Below, one piece after another: positions 1 to 11,600 of a DNA stretch of 42,180 nucleotides (the first letter of the stretch is position 1; each line of letters starts with the position of its first letter). The DNA comes from Octopus bimaculoides (lineage: Eukaryota). The DNA lies in NCBI RefSeq assembly GCF_001194135.2, contig NC_068982.1, forward strand, positions 123,288,779 through 123,330,958. The letters are read 5' to 3'. The position numbers and the translations under genes were made by a program. The notes under the pieces were generated by a model, which did no database searches, was not told the origin of the DNA, and saw only the letters and a list, made by a program, of their open reading frames with translations.

Positions 1-478
1 TATTTATGTATGTATATTTATGTATGTATGTATATATATATATATATTTATGTATGTATATTTATGTATGTATGTATATATATATATTTATGTATGTATA
101 TTTATGTATGTATGTATATATATATATATATTTATGTATGTATATTTATGTATGTATGTATATATATATATATATTTATGTATGTTTATTTATGTATGTA
201 TATATATATATATATATTTATGTATGTATATTTATGTATGTATGTATATATATATATATATTTATGTATGTATATTTATGTATGTATGTATATATATATA
301 TATATTTATGTATGTATATTTATGTATGTATGTATATATATATATATATTTATGTATGTATATTTATGTATGTATGTATATATATATATATATTTATGTA
401 TGTATATTTATGTATGTATGTATATATATATATATTTATGTATGTATATTTATGTGTATACACATATATATATATAAT
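1..478. repeat. Compound (TATG)n/(TA)n microsatellite with higher-order periodicity
   Basis: The block tatttatgtatg-tatatttatgtatgtatg-(ta)n recurs about every 40 bp. Confidence 0.95.
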
Positions 479-1517
479 ATATGAGGGAAAGAGAACTAAG
501 TGGAAGGTTGTATGTGTTTATAAATCTAATTATACACGAGGAGTGAGAGAGTGTATCCTGCTTATTTCTATTTTTATGTTTTCAATGTAACATTTGTTAA
601 TGCTTCTGTGCATTCATTTCATGAATCTTATTGGGCTGATGAATAAAATAACACTTCATCTTCTGGTTTGTTTCTCTTTTACTATATACTCTGTTTTATG
701 TCTGTTTGTCATTCTGTCTGTCTTTTTATTTTTTTCGTCTCCTGTTTTTAGATTTGGTGCAAGTGTTAAAGTGTAATTATCAACGATAAAAACTCTTGCT
801 AATTGTTTTAGGTGCCAGTGTAGCCACAAGAGATGTAGACGTCCTTTCAGCTCTTCCACACTTGGCTCAGCTTTACATTGATGATATATGACAGAGACAT
901 AAGATTGAGAAGGTTGCATTGACACTGGACTGATTGCTCATTTTCAGCTTAGTAGACTGGAGCAACATAAAATGAATTACCTTACTAAAGGAGATATTCT
1001 GCCCAATTCTGGAATTGAACCAATGACTAGATGTATATAAGCCCAACACTCTGACTATTAGGTTATATGCAAAGTGAACTTCTTTATAGTTTGAAAAGTA
1101 ATTAGACACTTGCTAATGGAAGTCTCTTAATTAACATGTTCACTAAATCAAATCAAACATAATATGTATTGCTTGTAGAATATCTATCATAGAAATGAAA
1201 CTTAATTTCATTTTAGCTATAAAGTTTCAAAACACATTTTTTCATTCTTTCATTTGGCTGCCACTTCTCATTGGAATGTGAGGATGGAATCCATAAGCTA
1301 TAAAGAAACGATAAAAGCAATAATTTTATCAACTTCATTTCAGTTGACTAAAATATTTTTTTCTGTTTAGAAGCATCATTGACAAAGTCATAGACAAAAG
1401 TTTTGTCGTACTCCACTTACCATAGATGAACTAATATATGTTAGTGTGTTTGTTACATAGTTGTGGTCAGTTGCCAGGCAAAATTGGAAATGACTGTGTG
1501 TATATGGGTGTGCATTA

Positions 1518-1882
1518 TTCTTTTACTTGTTTCAGTCATTTGACTTCGGCCATGCTGGAGCACCGCCTTTAGTCGAACAAATTGACCCCAGGACTTATTC
1601 TTTGTAAACTTAGTACTTATTCTATCAGTCATTTTTGCCAAACGTCTAAGTTATGGGGATATAAACACACCAGCATCGGTTGTCAAGCGATGGTAAGGAG
1701 ACACACACACACACATATATATGACAGGCTTCTTTCAGTTTCTGTCTGCCGAATCCACTCAAGGCTATGGTTGGCCTGAGGCTATAGTAGAAGATACTTG
1801 CCCAAGGTGCCACGCAGTGGGACTGAACCCGGAACCATGTGGTTGGGAAGCAAGCTTCTTACCACGCAGTCACTCCTGCACC
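1518..1882 (-). mobile_element. tRNA-derived SINE (family B), apparently near full length
   Basis: Minus-strand head ggtgcaggagtgactgcgtgg (A-box-like) ... ggttcagtccc (B-box-like), followed by ccttgggcaagt and an internal (CA)n. Homologous pieces occur at ~14183-14290, 19180-19340, 20085-20260 and 34838-34950. Confidence 0.8.
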
Positions 1883-1904
1883 TATATATAATATGGAGGA
1901 AATA

Positions 1905-2345
1905 ACAAGTGACTGAGACCTTTGGCGACATGCCATGCTTGAGAAGACCTGACAAGCCAAGTGAGATTGTAGTCATGGCCAATGACGGTGTCACAGAACT
2001 GGCACCCATGTTAGTAACACGTACAAAACACCCTTTGAACATTGGGCCTCATAGGGGCAATGATAAGTGACTGCAACCTTTGGAGATATGCCATGCTTGA
2101 GAAGACCTGTCGAGCCAAGTGAAATCTCAGTTGTGGCCGATGCTGGTGTCATGTAACTGGCACCCATGCTGATGGTACATAAAAAGCACTCATTACACTC
2201 TTGGAGTGGTTGGCATTAGGAAGGGCATCTAGCCACAGAGACCATACCAAATCAGATTGGAACCTAGTGTAGCCCTCCAGCTTACCAGTTTCAACCAAAC
2301 CGTCTCACCCATGCCAGTATGGAAAGCAGATGCTAAATGATGATG
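1905..2345 (+). mobile_element. SINE/retroposon 3' part (family C) with internal duplication and (TGA)n tail
   Basis: 1905-2025 and 2066-2170 are diverged direct copies; the element ends in aaatgatgatg. Confidence 0.6.
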
Positions 2346-2859
2346 TATATTGAAGATTGGAGTTTGTGATGTCATTTCTATTTCGTAGTTGACAATTGCT
2401 TCAACAATGCCATGGTGACTATCCTTGCATCATATTTATAAACATATTCATTAATGACCTAATATATGCTAAGCATTTTATCTCCACAGTATTCATGGAC
2501 AATGTTTCTTCAGAACTTCTTTATAAACAATATGTACAAACAACTTGTTATTTTGCTTAAATGCAAGACATTCATCATTGGTGTTAGTGGGTGGTGCTAA
2601 GATTTATAATTTTATGTAGAAATGACAAGAAAAAAAAAAAGTGACATTCAGCTGCATTCAACCTTGATGATGGTGTTCTCTAAGTGCTGAGCAGATCTCT
2701 GCTATTAATGGAATTGGTCAGAGACAAGCCTGATTTGCAAATCTTCTGTTTATTTCACAGGAAAATTTCATAAGGGGACATACCCCTTACAATTTTAAGA
2801 TAGCTGTGCATTGAAGTGCTTCTCAAAGTAAATGCCAGGATTACTTATCCCAGCTTACC

Positions 2860-2898
<39 letters not shown>

Positions 2899-3363
2899 AC
2901 ATGTGGTTGTTCAGGTGACAAAAAATATGAAGGACACAATGTACTGACAAGGTAACTAATGCACGTTTGTTTGACTTGCCAGAAATAGCTACAAAATCTC
3001 CTTCAAATCATTCACTTTCATTCCAAACATGGACTGTGACGTTCCACTTTGGAGNNNNNNNNNNNNNNNNNNNNNNNNNNNNNNNNNNNNNNNNNNNNNN
3101 NNNNNNNNNNNNNNNNNNNNNNNNNNNNNNNNNNNNNNNNNNNNNNNNNNNNNNNNNNNNNNNNNNNNNNNNNNNNNNNNNNNNNNNNNNNNNNNNNNNN
3201 NNNNNNNNNNNNNNNNNNNNNNNNNNNNNNNNNNNNNNNNNNNNNNNNNNNNNNNNNNNNNNNNNNNNNNNNNNNNNNNNNNNNNNNNNNNNNNNNNNNN
3301 NNNNNNNNNNNNNNNNNNNNNNNNNNNNNNNNNNNNNNNNNNNNNNNNNNNNNNNNNNNNNNN

Positions 3364-3690
3364 CCGAAAGGATGAAAGGCAAAGTCGACCTCGGCGGAAT
3401 TTGAACTCAGAACATAGCGGCAGACGAAATACCGCTAAGCGTTTCCCCCGGCGTGCTAACGTTTCTTATTTCTTTACTGCCCACGAGGGGCTAAACATAG
3501 AGGGGACAGACAAAGGGATTAAGTCGATTACATCGACCCCAGTGCGTGACTGGTACTTAATTTATCGACCTCGAAAGGATGAAAGGCAAAGTCGACCTCG
3601 GCGGAATTTGAACTCAGAACATAGCGGCAGACGAAATACCGCTAAGCGTTTCCCCCCGGCGTGCTAACGTTTCTGCCAACTCGCCGCCTT
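3364..3690 (-). mobile_element. tRNA-derived SINE family A, head-to-tail dimer (one copy runs into an N-gap)
   Basis: Minus-strand head aaggcggcgagttggcagaaacg (A-box-like), gagttcaaattcc (B-box-like) and central ctttcatcctttcgaggtcgataaat. 3364-3465 is nearly identical to 3573-3673. Confidence 0.85.
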
Positions 3691-5699
3691 CATGAACTGG
3701 TACTTTATGCCAATTATGTTCGTGTACCGTTTTCTTTTACATGCTTCATCTATCTTATTATTCAATTTGTCAAAGATAAAGATATTAGGGTTGTGTCACT
3801 GGTATATATCTTGTATCTATCAAATCAGTGTTAGATTTTCTTCCGATCTTTCAGATCTTTCATGACAAATTTTTGGATGACAATGAAAATGGTGAGAAAA
3901 AGTGAAAAACTTTGTCTTCGACCTGTAAGTATTTGAAACTAATCCGCCAGCTGACCACCGACGACTGCAGCACACTCTGAAATTTACGGTGTATTCTAAC
4001 GTCAGCATTTTGAGACATGAGTAGAATAAAGAAAGATTTTCATGTGACAAACACTATTACTGAGGAAATAAGTATGATAGTATATTATGATAGCTATGTA
4101 CTTCTGACGTTTCGTTAAGGCTTCCCAAGCTTCAGGCCATGTGGTAAACTGCCTAAGAGGTGACTCTTTCAGACATGTGAAAACACCAGGTTACCACATG
4201 TAACAGTGGAGGACAGAGTATCCAAATGAGGCAGGGTGGCGGTGGTTCTGCAGGCAGAAAAAGAATGAAAGTTCGGAGAGGACCAAGTCACAAACGTAAA
4301 ATATAAGGGCTTGTGTCTAACCAGCAGAAAGCATGCATACACATATTGGTTGATTGTTGCATGGCTCTGAATTTCCATTGGCCAATCATTACCTGTAATC
4401 TGAATAGTTGAATTACATTTGTAAGGGATTCGGTCCTCAATCACAAATTAGTATCTTTTCATTCAATATACTTTTCTGTCGCGGTGTGATTAGACTAGAG
4501 CAAAATAGGCGATTAATCTGAATGTATCCAGTGTGCTTTTAATTCTGGAGTAAAAAATATTTTACAAAGACAAGTCCAGGGAGCATCCACCCTTGTGAAG
4601 ACCTATTTTTATTAGCATGTTTTACTATGTGTGTTTTTTAATGTTGCTGTTAAGTTGTCTTCGTTTTCAATTGTGATAGGTCTTGAAATCGAGTCTACAG
4701 TAGAAGACATTTATCCAAAGCGTAGCACAGTAAAATTAAATCTGTAACAACATAGCCTTCTTAGCTATACAACTACGTTTTTCTTTACAGTCTGTTTTTG
4801 AATAAGACTTTTGACACTATCATAATTTAATTCATTATTAGCTTTTATCCGTTTTGGTTTATGTAAGTATAAACTTTTTGATACATTTGGTTATATTTAC
4901 TAATTTAAAGTGTTCGGATATTATGCGTTAGAATTTTCTTCTCGCAGTTGCTATAATTATATCAGATAGGAAGTAATCAGTGAAAACAGAATATCTTAGT
5001 TAATTCATTAATTCATTATGTGATATCCTTTCTGCTATAGGCACAAGATCTAAAGTTTCGTGGAGAAGGTGATAACTTAGTATATAATATCAATAATTTT
5101 GACAATGTAGTATCTTAAAACCTTTCAAGAAAGGACTCATTGTGATTGTAACTCTCAGTTGTTTGGTGTCACAAAGTCATTCATTGAAATGTCTTTTAAT
5201 GTTGGAACACTAGAGACCAAACAGTCCTCATTCAGTTCTTAAGAGGCGATTGAATATAAGTGTAACGAACACATTATGTGACGAAGGTAGCATGTTGATT
5301 TGAAAAGAGATTACAATGGGAATTTTTATTCGTAGTGTTAGCTCTTATGAAAACCATATTATTGTAACTAGTGTTAAAGTGTGTTGTTCAGATGTTTAAT
5401 TGTGATGCTTTTATAAATTCTAATTGTGTGATTGCTACTTAAATGCCCAAACAGGGATTAAAAGGGGAATGACTTTAGTGAACTTCTCTAATTATACATT
5501 ATGTTTCATTCCACTGGCAGGAATTGGCTTACAATATCTTAAAAGACCAAATTACAATATCTTTGAAGACTAAAAAAAGTGACCAAGGTCACACGCATAG
5601 CAGTTTAAAATCTGCTTTTCGACTCAGAACGAGAGAACAACAGATTTGTTTCGCAGGATAGTTAAAGATTGAAATAACCTACAAAAATCAAGTTATATT

Positions 5700-6410
5700 T
5701 CATCCCTTAATGACTTCAGAAATTGACAATTATCATTTGAGGTTAATATGTTGCATATACGTTTATTACGTAGAAATTGATAACATTTTTGTGGATTATC
5801 CATCTACCGATATCTGCGTGTTTAAAGGCTGGTTATATTCCAACCAAATAGATATTGATGGCAAACACTGATATGATTTCTCCGTAGTATATGAACTAAC
5901 TGAAACTTTTGATTCTCAAGCTCATGTTCTGGATATCAGTAATCATAATCTTGATTTGATTTATCTTTTCCTGACTAAATATCTTTATTGTGTTGTAGCT
6001 GAGTCATTTCCATTTTGTAGATCAGATAACTGTTTGGTTGTTGTATTGGAGTGTAGAGCGAAGAATCTTTTGATATGCTAACCTATCAGATAGTGTTCAG
6101 ATACTCAAAATTAGATTGGGAGGGATTCCATTCTTTCCCGGTTGAATGATACAAATTAGGCTCTTTTCAAATATTACTCATATGGAAGGAGTTTATTTCT
6201 TGCTCTTACCAGTTGAGAAATTCCTTGGCAGATTTAGATTTAGTGACTCGCTTTCATGCTTCTTGAATATCTCATGAACACGCAGCATGAAGCTTTTTTT
6301 TCTAGAACAACCACATTGGGTAATAAACTTTACTTTCATTGTTTTCCTTCAAAACATGAACGTGATCTCTTTAAATTCAAGGTTAACAAGTACCTTGCGC
6401 AATTTTGCAG
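5700..6410 (+). mobile_element. Old CR1/L2-group LINE relic (RT and C-terminal fragments)
   Basis: Fragments read AHVLDIS (cf. ALDISKAFD) and FFSRTTTLGNKLYFHCFP..DLFKFKVNKYL (cf. the SFFPRT..LWN.LP...FP..FK..VN C-terminus). Many stops. Confidence 0.5.
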
Positions 6411-7039
6411 CTTTCTTAATTTTAATATGATTATAGATTGTCTTTTTACGGGAGGAATTCCAACAACGTTTCGTGGTTCACTACCTCAACAGTTCCTTTA
6501 TAGGATCCAGTGGCTAAGGACATCATCAGGAGGAACCACGTCAAGTTTCGACCCCTACTCCTCTACAGTTTTCGACGTGGCAGGGCCGCCACTTTCGGAG
6601 GTGTCTTCAGCTCTGGAGTTGAGTGCGTTTTTTTTTTTCCTTTTTTCTTTCGCCTTTTATTCTTAGGTTTCTTCGATGCAGCATCAACAAATATCAGCGG
6701 GCGAATGAACGCCCTGCCAAATTTCCCTTAAAATNNNNNNNNNNNNNNNNNNNNNNNNNNNNNNNNNNNNNNNNNNNNNNNNNNNNNNNNNNNNNNNNNN
6801 NNNNNNNNNNNNNNNNNNNNNNNNNNNNNNNNNNNNNNNNNNNNNNNNNNNNNNNNNNNNNNNNNNNNNNNNNNNNNNNNNNNNNNNNNNNNNNNNNNNN
6901 NNNNNNNNNNNNNNNNNNNNNNNNNNNNNNNNNNNNNNNNNNNNNNNNNNNNNNNNNNNNNNNNNNNNNNNNNNNAGCAACGCTGTTTAAGTGCTAGCCA
7001 GCCTCACCTAGCGTCGCTATTTCCCAGTTGGCATTTTAT

Positions 7040-7350
7040 GGCTTTCAAACCATTTCGAGTCTTCTCATTCAGCCATGTATAGAAACTGGCTTTGTCGACT
7101 GCTTCCTGTATCCTTATTACTTTTCTCAGCTCTGAGCTCGAAAATGCCCCATTTTCCTTTCAATAAAGCCTCTAGCCCCCACTGCCAGGTGGTAATACTC
7201 GACAATTTACCCCTGTTCCTTGCACTCTTCAATTAACCTCTCCTTCCGTTGCTCTGCATTAGCAATGTTCTCTTCCCATGGCACTGTCAGCTCTAGCAAA
7301 ATTCTAATATATTGTTCTGTGTTCCATAGGATTAAGTCCGGTCTTTTTGT
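7040..7350 (-). pseudogene. Restriction-like (PD-(D/E)xK) endonuclease remnant of the HERO-like LINE
   Basis: RPDLILW at ~7325-7345 and ELTVPWEENIANAEQRK at ~7243-7293, followed by an in-frame stop. Confidence 0.8.
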
Positions 7351-8021
7351 TGATTTTATGAGTGGAAATATTAAGTCTTACCAAATCCGCGGCCAGCTCC
7401 CAGTATCCCTTCTATCTTTTGTCTATCTCGTATATTTTATTTGGAGGCCTGATCTTATGTCATTTTCCCTCCTTCTGGAAGCATATCCTTCCGCGCTTTT
7501 CCACTTTTGGGTACTCTCCCCTATTATATCCCTCGATCTTCTCCTTGAGTGCTGCGCTTATTACACCGAAGACTTGATTGTATATCTGTTTAGTGCTAGC
7601 TTGCAGTTTGACAGAACATGTCTTACCGTCGCTTTCTCTCCGCATCTACATTCATCAGTGGTTTGTATGTTCCACCGGACTAAATTGGCCGGTGAAGTCA
7701 AAACTTCGAAGCTAGACTTGATCAGGAAGGATGGTCTTGCTTGTTCCCAAGTCCAAAGTTCCTTCCATGAGATTCTGCGACTGACCACATATTCCTCCCA
7801 TCTCAAGTACTGTCCGTGTCGACTACATTGCACCTTTCTTTTTTCTCCTTTCTCACTTTGTGTACCACTGCTTCTTTCATCACTTTTACACTGCTCATGC
7901 AAAATGGTTTGAAATTGTGCAACCCTAGACCGGCTATTGCTTCTTGCGTTGCTCCGACTATATCGGCATGCCTTAGCTTTCCGATCGCGCTGTTTACTGC
8001 TTCTTCCGCTTTCCATTTCCT

Positions 8022-8693
8022 CTATGTTCGTACCTTTGTGGGATTTTCTCGGATGTTCTGATCTTTCGAATACCTTAGCATCATTACTGTCCTCGCCTTT
8101 CCTGCTTTATATTCTTCGACGATTGATATTATCGGTAGTTGCAGCATAGATTTTCCATATAGTGCAGTTGTATTCAGTGGTTTAGGAAGACCGAGCCATT
8201 TTCTTATAAACACATTGCGCCTTTGTTCCATCCTTTCTACTCTACTCGAGACTATTTCATACATTTGCAATGGCCACATTATCCTTGGGTACAGTCCAAA
8301 TTGCAGTATCCAGAATTTGAATTTCCCCAGTAATGTTGTTCTGTCAATTGCCTTTAGACCTTGTTCCACTAAATCGTGTGTTTCTTTGCGTTGCTTCTTA
8401 TCATTTAGTAAATCTCTGTACCATCTGTCGAGACGCTTTACTGGTTGTTCTTTCACCGTTAGTATATATTCACCTCTTATCCTGAACTTCACTTCTTTTT
8501 GGACTCCTTTCGCGAATGCCACACTTAGAGATTTCTTAGCTTTGAATTTCATTCTTGCCCATCCTATCATTTCGTCCAACCGCTCTAACGTTTCATCTGC
8601 TGCTTTTCTACTTTCTGACAATACAGTAATGTCGTCCATAAAATTCCTTGTAACAGATTTCTCACAGTTTGTTGATCTTAGTAACATCTCCAT
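8022..8693 (-). pseudogene. Reverse-transcriptase C-terminal half of the HERO-like LINE
   Basis: ORF contains FMDD, MKFKAKKS, WPLQMYE and RKWLGLP motifs. Confidence 0.85.
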
Positions 8694-11600
8694 GATNNNN
8701 NNNNNNNNNNNNNNNNNNNNNNNNNNNNNNNNNNNNNNNNNNNNNNNNNNNNNNNTGCTGCTTTTCTACTTTCTGACAATACAGTAATGTCGTCCATAAA
8801 ATTCCTTGTAACAGATTTCTCACAGTTTGTTGATCTTAGTAACATCTCCATGATTAGCACAAATAAGATGATTGATATCGTGCATCCAGCTGCAATACCT
8901 ACTTCTCGCCGTTGTCACTCCGTTGTGAACTTTCCTCAATTTATCGCAGTAACACACCAGCATTCGTTGAACATCTGGAATCCAAAAGAAGTCCATAGCT
9001 GCTTGAATCTGTGCGTGTGGAATAGATCCATATGCGTTGGCAAGATCTAGCCATACAATGTACAGGTTTTTCTTTAGTTGATGATAGCTTTCCAGATGGC
9101 AAATGTATGTTCTATGTATCCAGGGATCCCTGCCTTCTGGATTGCTTCACTAACATATCTGTTATGCCATACGAATATTATGATTCGCCTGGCAATAATT
9201 CCATACATGATCTTCCCATCGATATTTAGCAGTAAAATGGGTCTGAAATACCCTAGTGTTTTTTGCCCCTCTCTCTTTAGGTAAATAGATACATTCAGTT
9301 ATACACCATCGTTATGCTACGTCTTTCTTCTTCCACATTTCTCTTATCAATACAAATAGTCGTAAACCCAATTTTGGGAAATACCAATAAACCTTGTAGC
9401 CAACTCCATCATTCCCTGGTGAACTTTTTGCTCTTGCTTTTCTAATGAACTCATCCATTTCTTTCCGTCTGATGTCACTCAAATCGAATGGCACTCTTGG
9501 CTCAGGTGGTTTCTTCAGCCTGAGCATTTCTGGAAGTACTTTATTTTTATCAGCGTCGCCGTTTGTCTCTTTAAGATTGTGTTCGAGCTCTTCTTCCGCT
9601 CTTACTTTCAGTAAAGAAACGTTTAGCATATTGATACAGGTTGTTTACAAAACTACAATAGTTCTTTTCTCTCTTCTTTTTTTCTGTTCTTCCTTCTTCC
9701 TTCCTAAGTTGGTCTCGATGCCGCTTTTTTATCTCTTCGTGTAGTTGTTTTGGATCTTCTCTTTCCACCCCCTTTGCATCCCTCCATCTGGTCCTGAGAT
9801 GTTTCTTCTCTTTTCGTATCTTTGCGATCCGTATTTCTCTCCTCGATGGTCCGCCCTTTGCCGATGATTCTCCATTCCCTGTTGCTTCAAGTCCATATCG
9901 TTTCTCTCCTTCCCGATAAATTATGTTAACCAAGTTCTCGAGCTTTTGTTCGTCGTCACCTTTGAATTTGGTGGTCATTCTTACTACCTCGTCGTCGAAT
10001 TTCTTATAGCTAGCTGCATCATTTGCCTTCGGCCACTTAATCTTTGGCTTCTTCATGCCTATCTCTTTTTATTACTGTCTCATTGAATTTTATTTTATTG
10101 GCTCCATTATTAGCATCTTATGAATTGCATTATATTACTATTAATTCTTTTACACGTTCTTTTATTTCCTGCTGATAATTTTGGTGTTATTTATTTGTTA
10201 TCTGAAGTATGTATTAATGGCACTCACCCATTTTCCCCAAGACTTTTGCCTAGAAGTGCTTTATGGATCTTGCTAAGGTGATTTCGATTGAAGAAAAATG
10301 TCTATCCACTGCCCACCTTCAGCAACAACTCTATCGTGAAAGAAATTGTGAATCTTCAAATATATTTCATCGTATAATTTTTACCTCGTCAGAAGGTTTC
10401 ATGTAAAATTTTAATTAGATGTTAGAAGCTACTTTGGATATGAAAAAAAACCCATCAAATTGATTTTCCATATTGAAGATTCTGTAATATGGCACTAAAT
10501 TTAAGGTGTTTGATTTGTTTTTAATGCTTGAAAGAAGTCTATTGAGTGGATATGTTAAATTCCTATAAAATGTTAACATGTTACACGTTTGTGAAGTTCA
10601 ACTTCACAAACGTGTAAGATGAAAATCTTTTCAGTCGCCAGTAAAATGGTTTCTATTTAAGAATTGATATAATAAATTTACAAATGGATAAACCTTTTAG
10701 AACTGAGGAATGGAGAGGTCAATGATAAACAACCAATTCAAAATCGATTTGATAAACACTGTGAGAACATTAAATTTTACTCTCACTAACATTACCATTT
10801 AATTACTTGGCCTGTCTGTCTTAAAATTTGAGTATATTAAAGTAGAAAGAAGAATGATCAAAAGATCAGAAGCGCAATTCACTAACTCACTAACAGAGGT
10901 GTTGCAAACAAGGTAACTTGTTGAAATTGTTGGAGTTGAAACAGATCTTAACTAACACTTCTGCAAATTCTAATGATTATAAAACTCTCATGAAAACAAT
11001 TTACAATGGTTGCAGATCAAGGCACTCGAGTTATTTAGCAACCAATAGTGACATCGAAATCTCATCTATTTCTGGTGCTGTTCAAAATAATTTATGACTT
11101 TAAATCTTTAGTATGGCCTTTAAGAAGAGTAATTTTTTTTTTAATGCGATGTTCAAAAGACGATGGTAATTTCTCTTAGTTAATTAAACAGATACTTCAA
11201 CGGGATGGACCTCTCATCGTTATTTTAAATTTTAGAAATCCCGTAACTGTTATAATCAGAAATAGATGTTTTTTTTTCATCTGCATTCTTTCCATTACGT
11301 GTGACAAGCGGCAGCAACTGCAGCAGCAACAGTAACAAAGACTCAGGTGAAATACAGACGAAACAAAGCATTTCACTTGGCCGTGTTCAACCCTGCTGTC
11401 TTAACATTACACACTATTTCCCGGAGATGTGCTGATACATATATTCCTTCGACATAAACAAATTGAGAACATCACTGTTGGAAACAAATAATATTAAACA
11501 TTGAAATGAATACAGTTTTCAGCACGTACATCGCCGAGTAGCCCATAGAGTGGATGGCGAGAAGCAAATTCATGGATCACAAACAATATCCAGTTCATTA

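Larger units (their letters stand above)
7030..10065 (-). mobile_element. Decayed, 5'-truncated HERO-like non-LTR retrotransposon (R2 group, RT + CCHC + RLE endonuclease)
   Basis: Minus-strand fragments occur in correct order: KWPKAND...KLENLVNIIY; KSSPGNDGV; FRPILLLNIDGKI; QKAGIPG; WLDLANAYGSIPH; GIAAGCTIS; FMDD; WPLQMYEI; KWLGLP; CRCGEKATVRHVLSNC; RYT[WRH deleted]NQV; RPDLILW...LLELTVPWEE...K. Frameshifts and stops throughout. Confidence 0.9.

Noticed and set aside
6-590. Long ORFs of MYVYLC/IYIY/HTHT type here and at ~15172-15456, 17296-18903, 19263-20194, 22079-23234, 25112-26236 and 41008-41903
   Set aside because: They are stop-free translations of TA/CA/TATG microsatellites.
656-925. 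89-aa minus-strand ORF
   Set aside because: No recognisable motif or convincing splice signals, and it adjoins a degenerate SINE.
2967-3667. ORFs spanning N runs (also 6623-6997, 23160-23495, 32979-33525, 34682-36059, 36583-37470, 39289-39798, 40388-40921)
   Set aside because: Their length comes from assembly gaps.
8598-8854. 99-bp direct duplication around the FMDD region
   Set aside because: The identical copies (8598-8696, 8756-8854) flank an N-gap, which is the signature of an uncollapsed contig overlap.
7220-9744. Plus-strand ORFs of 60-230 aa
   Set aside because: They are antisense shadows of the minus-strand LINE ORF and have no independent motifs.
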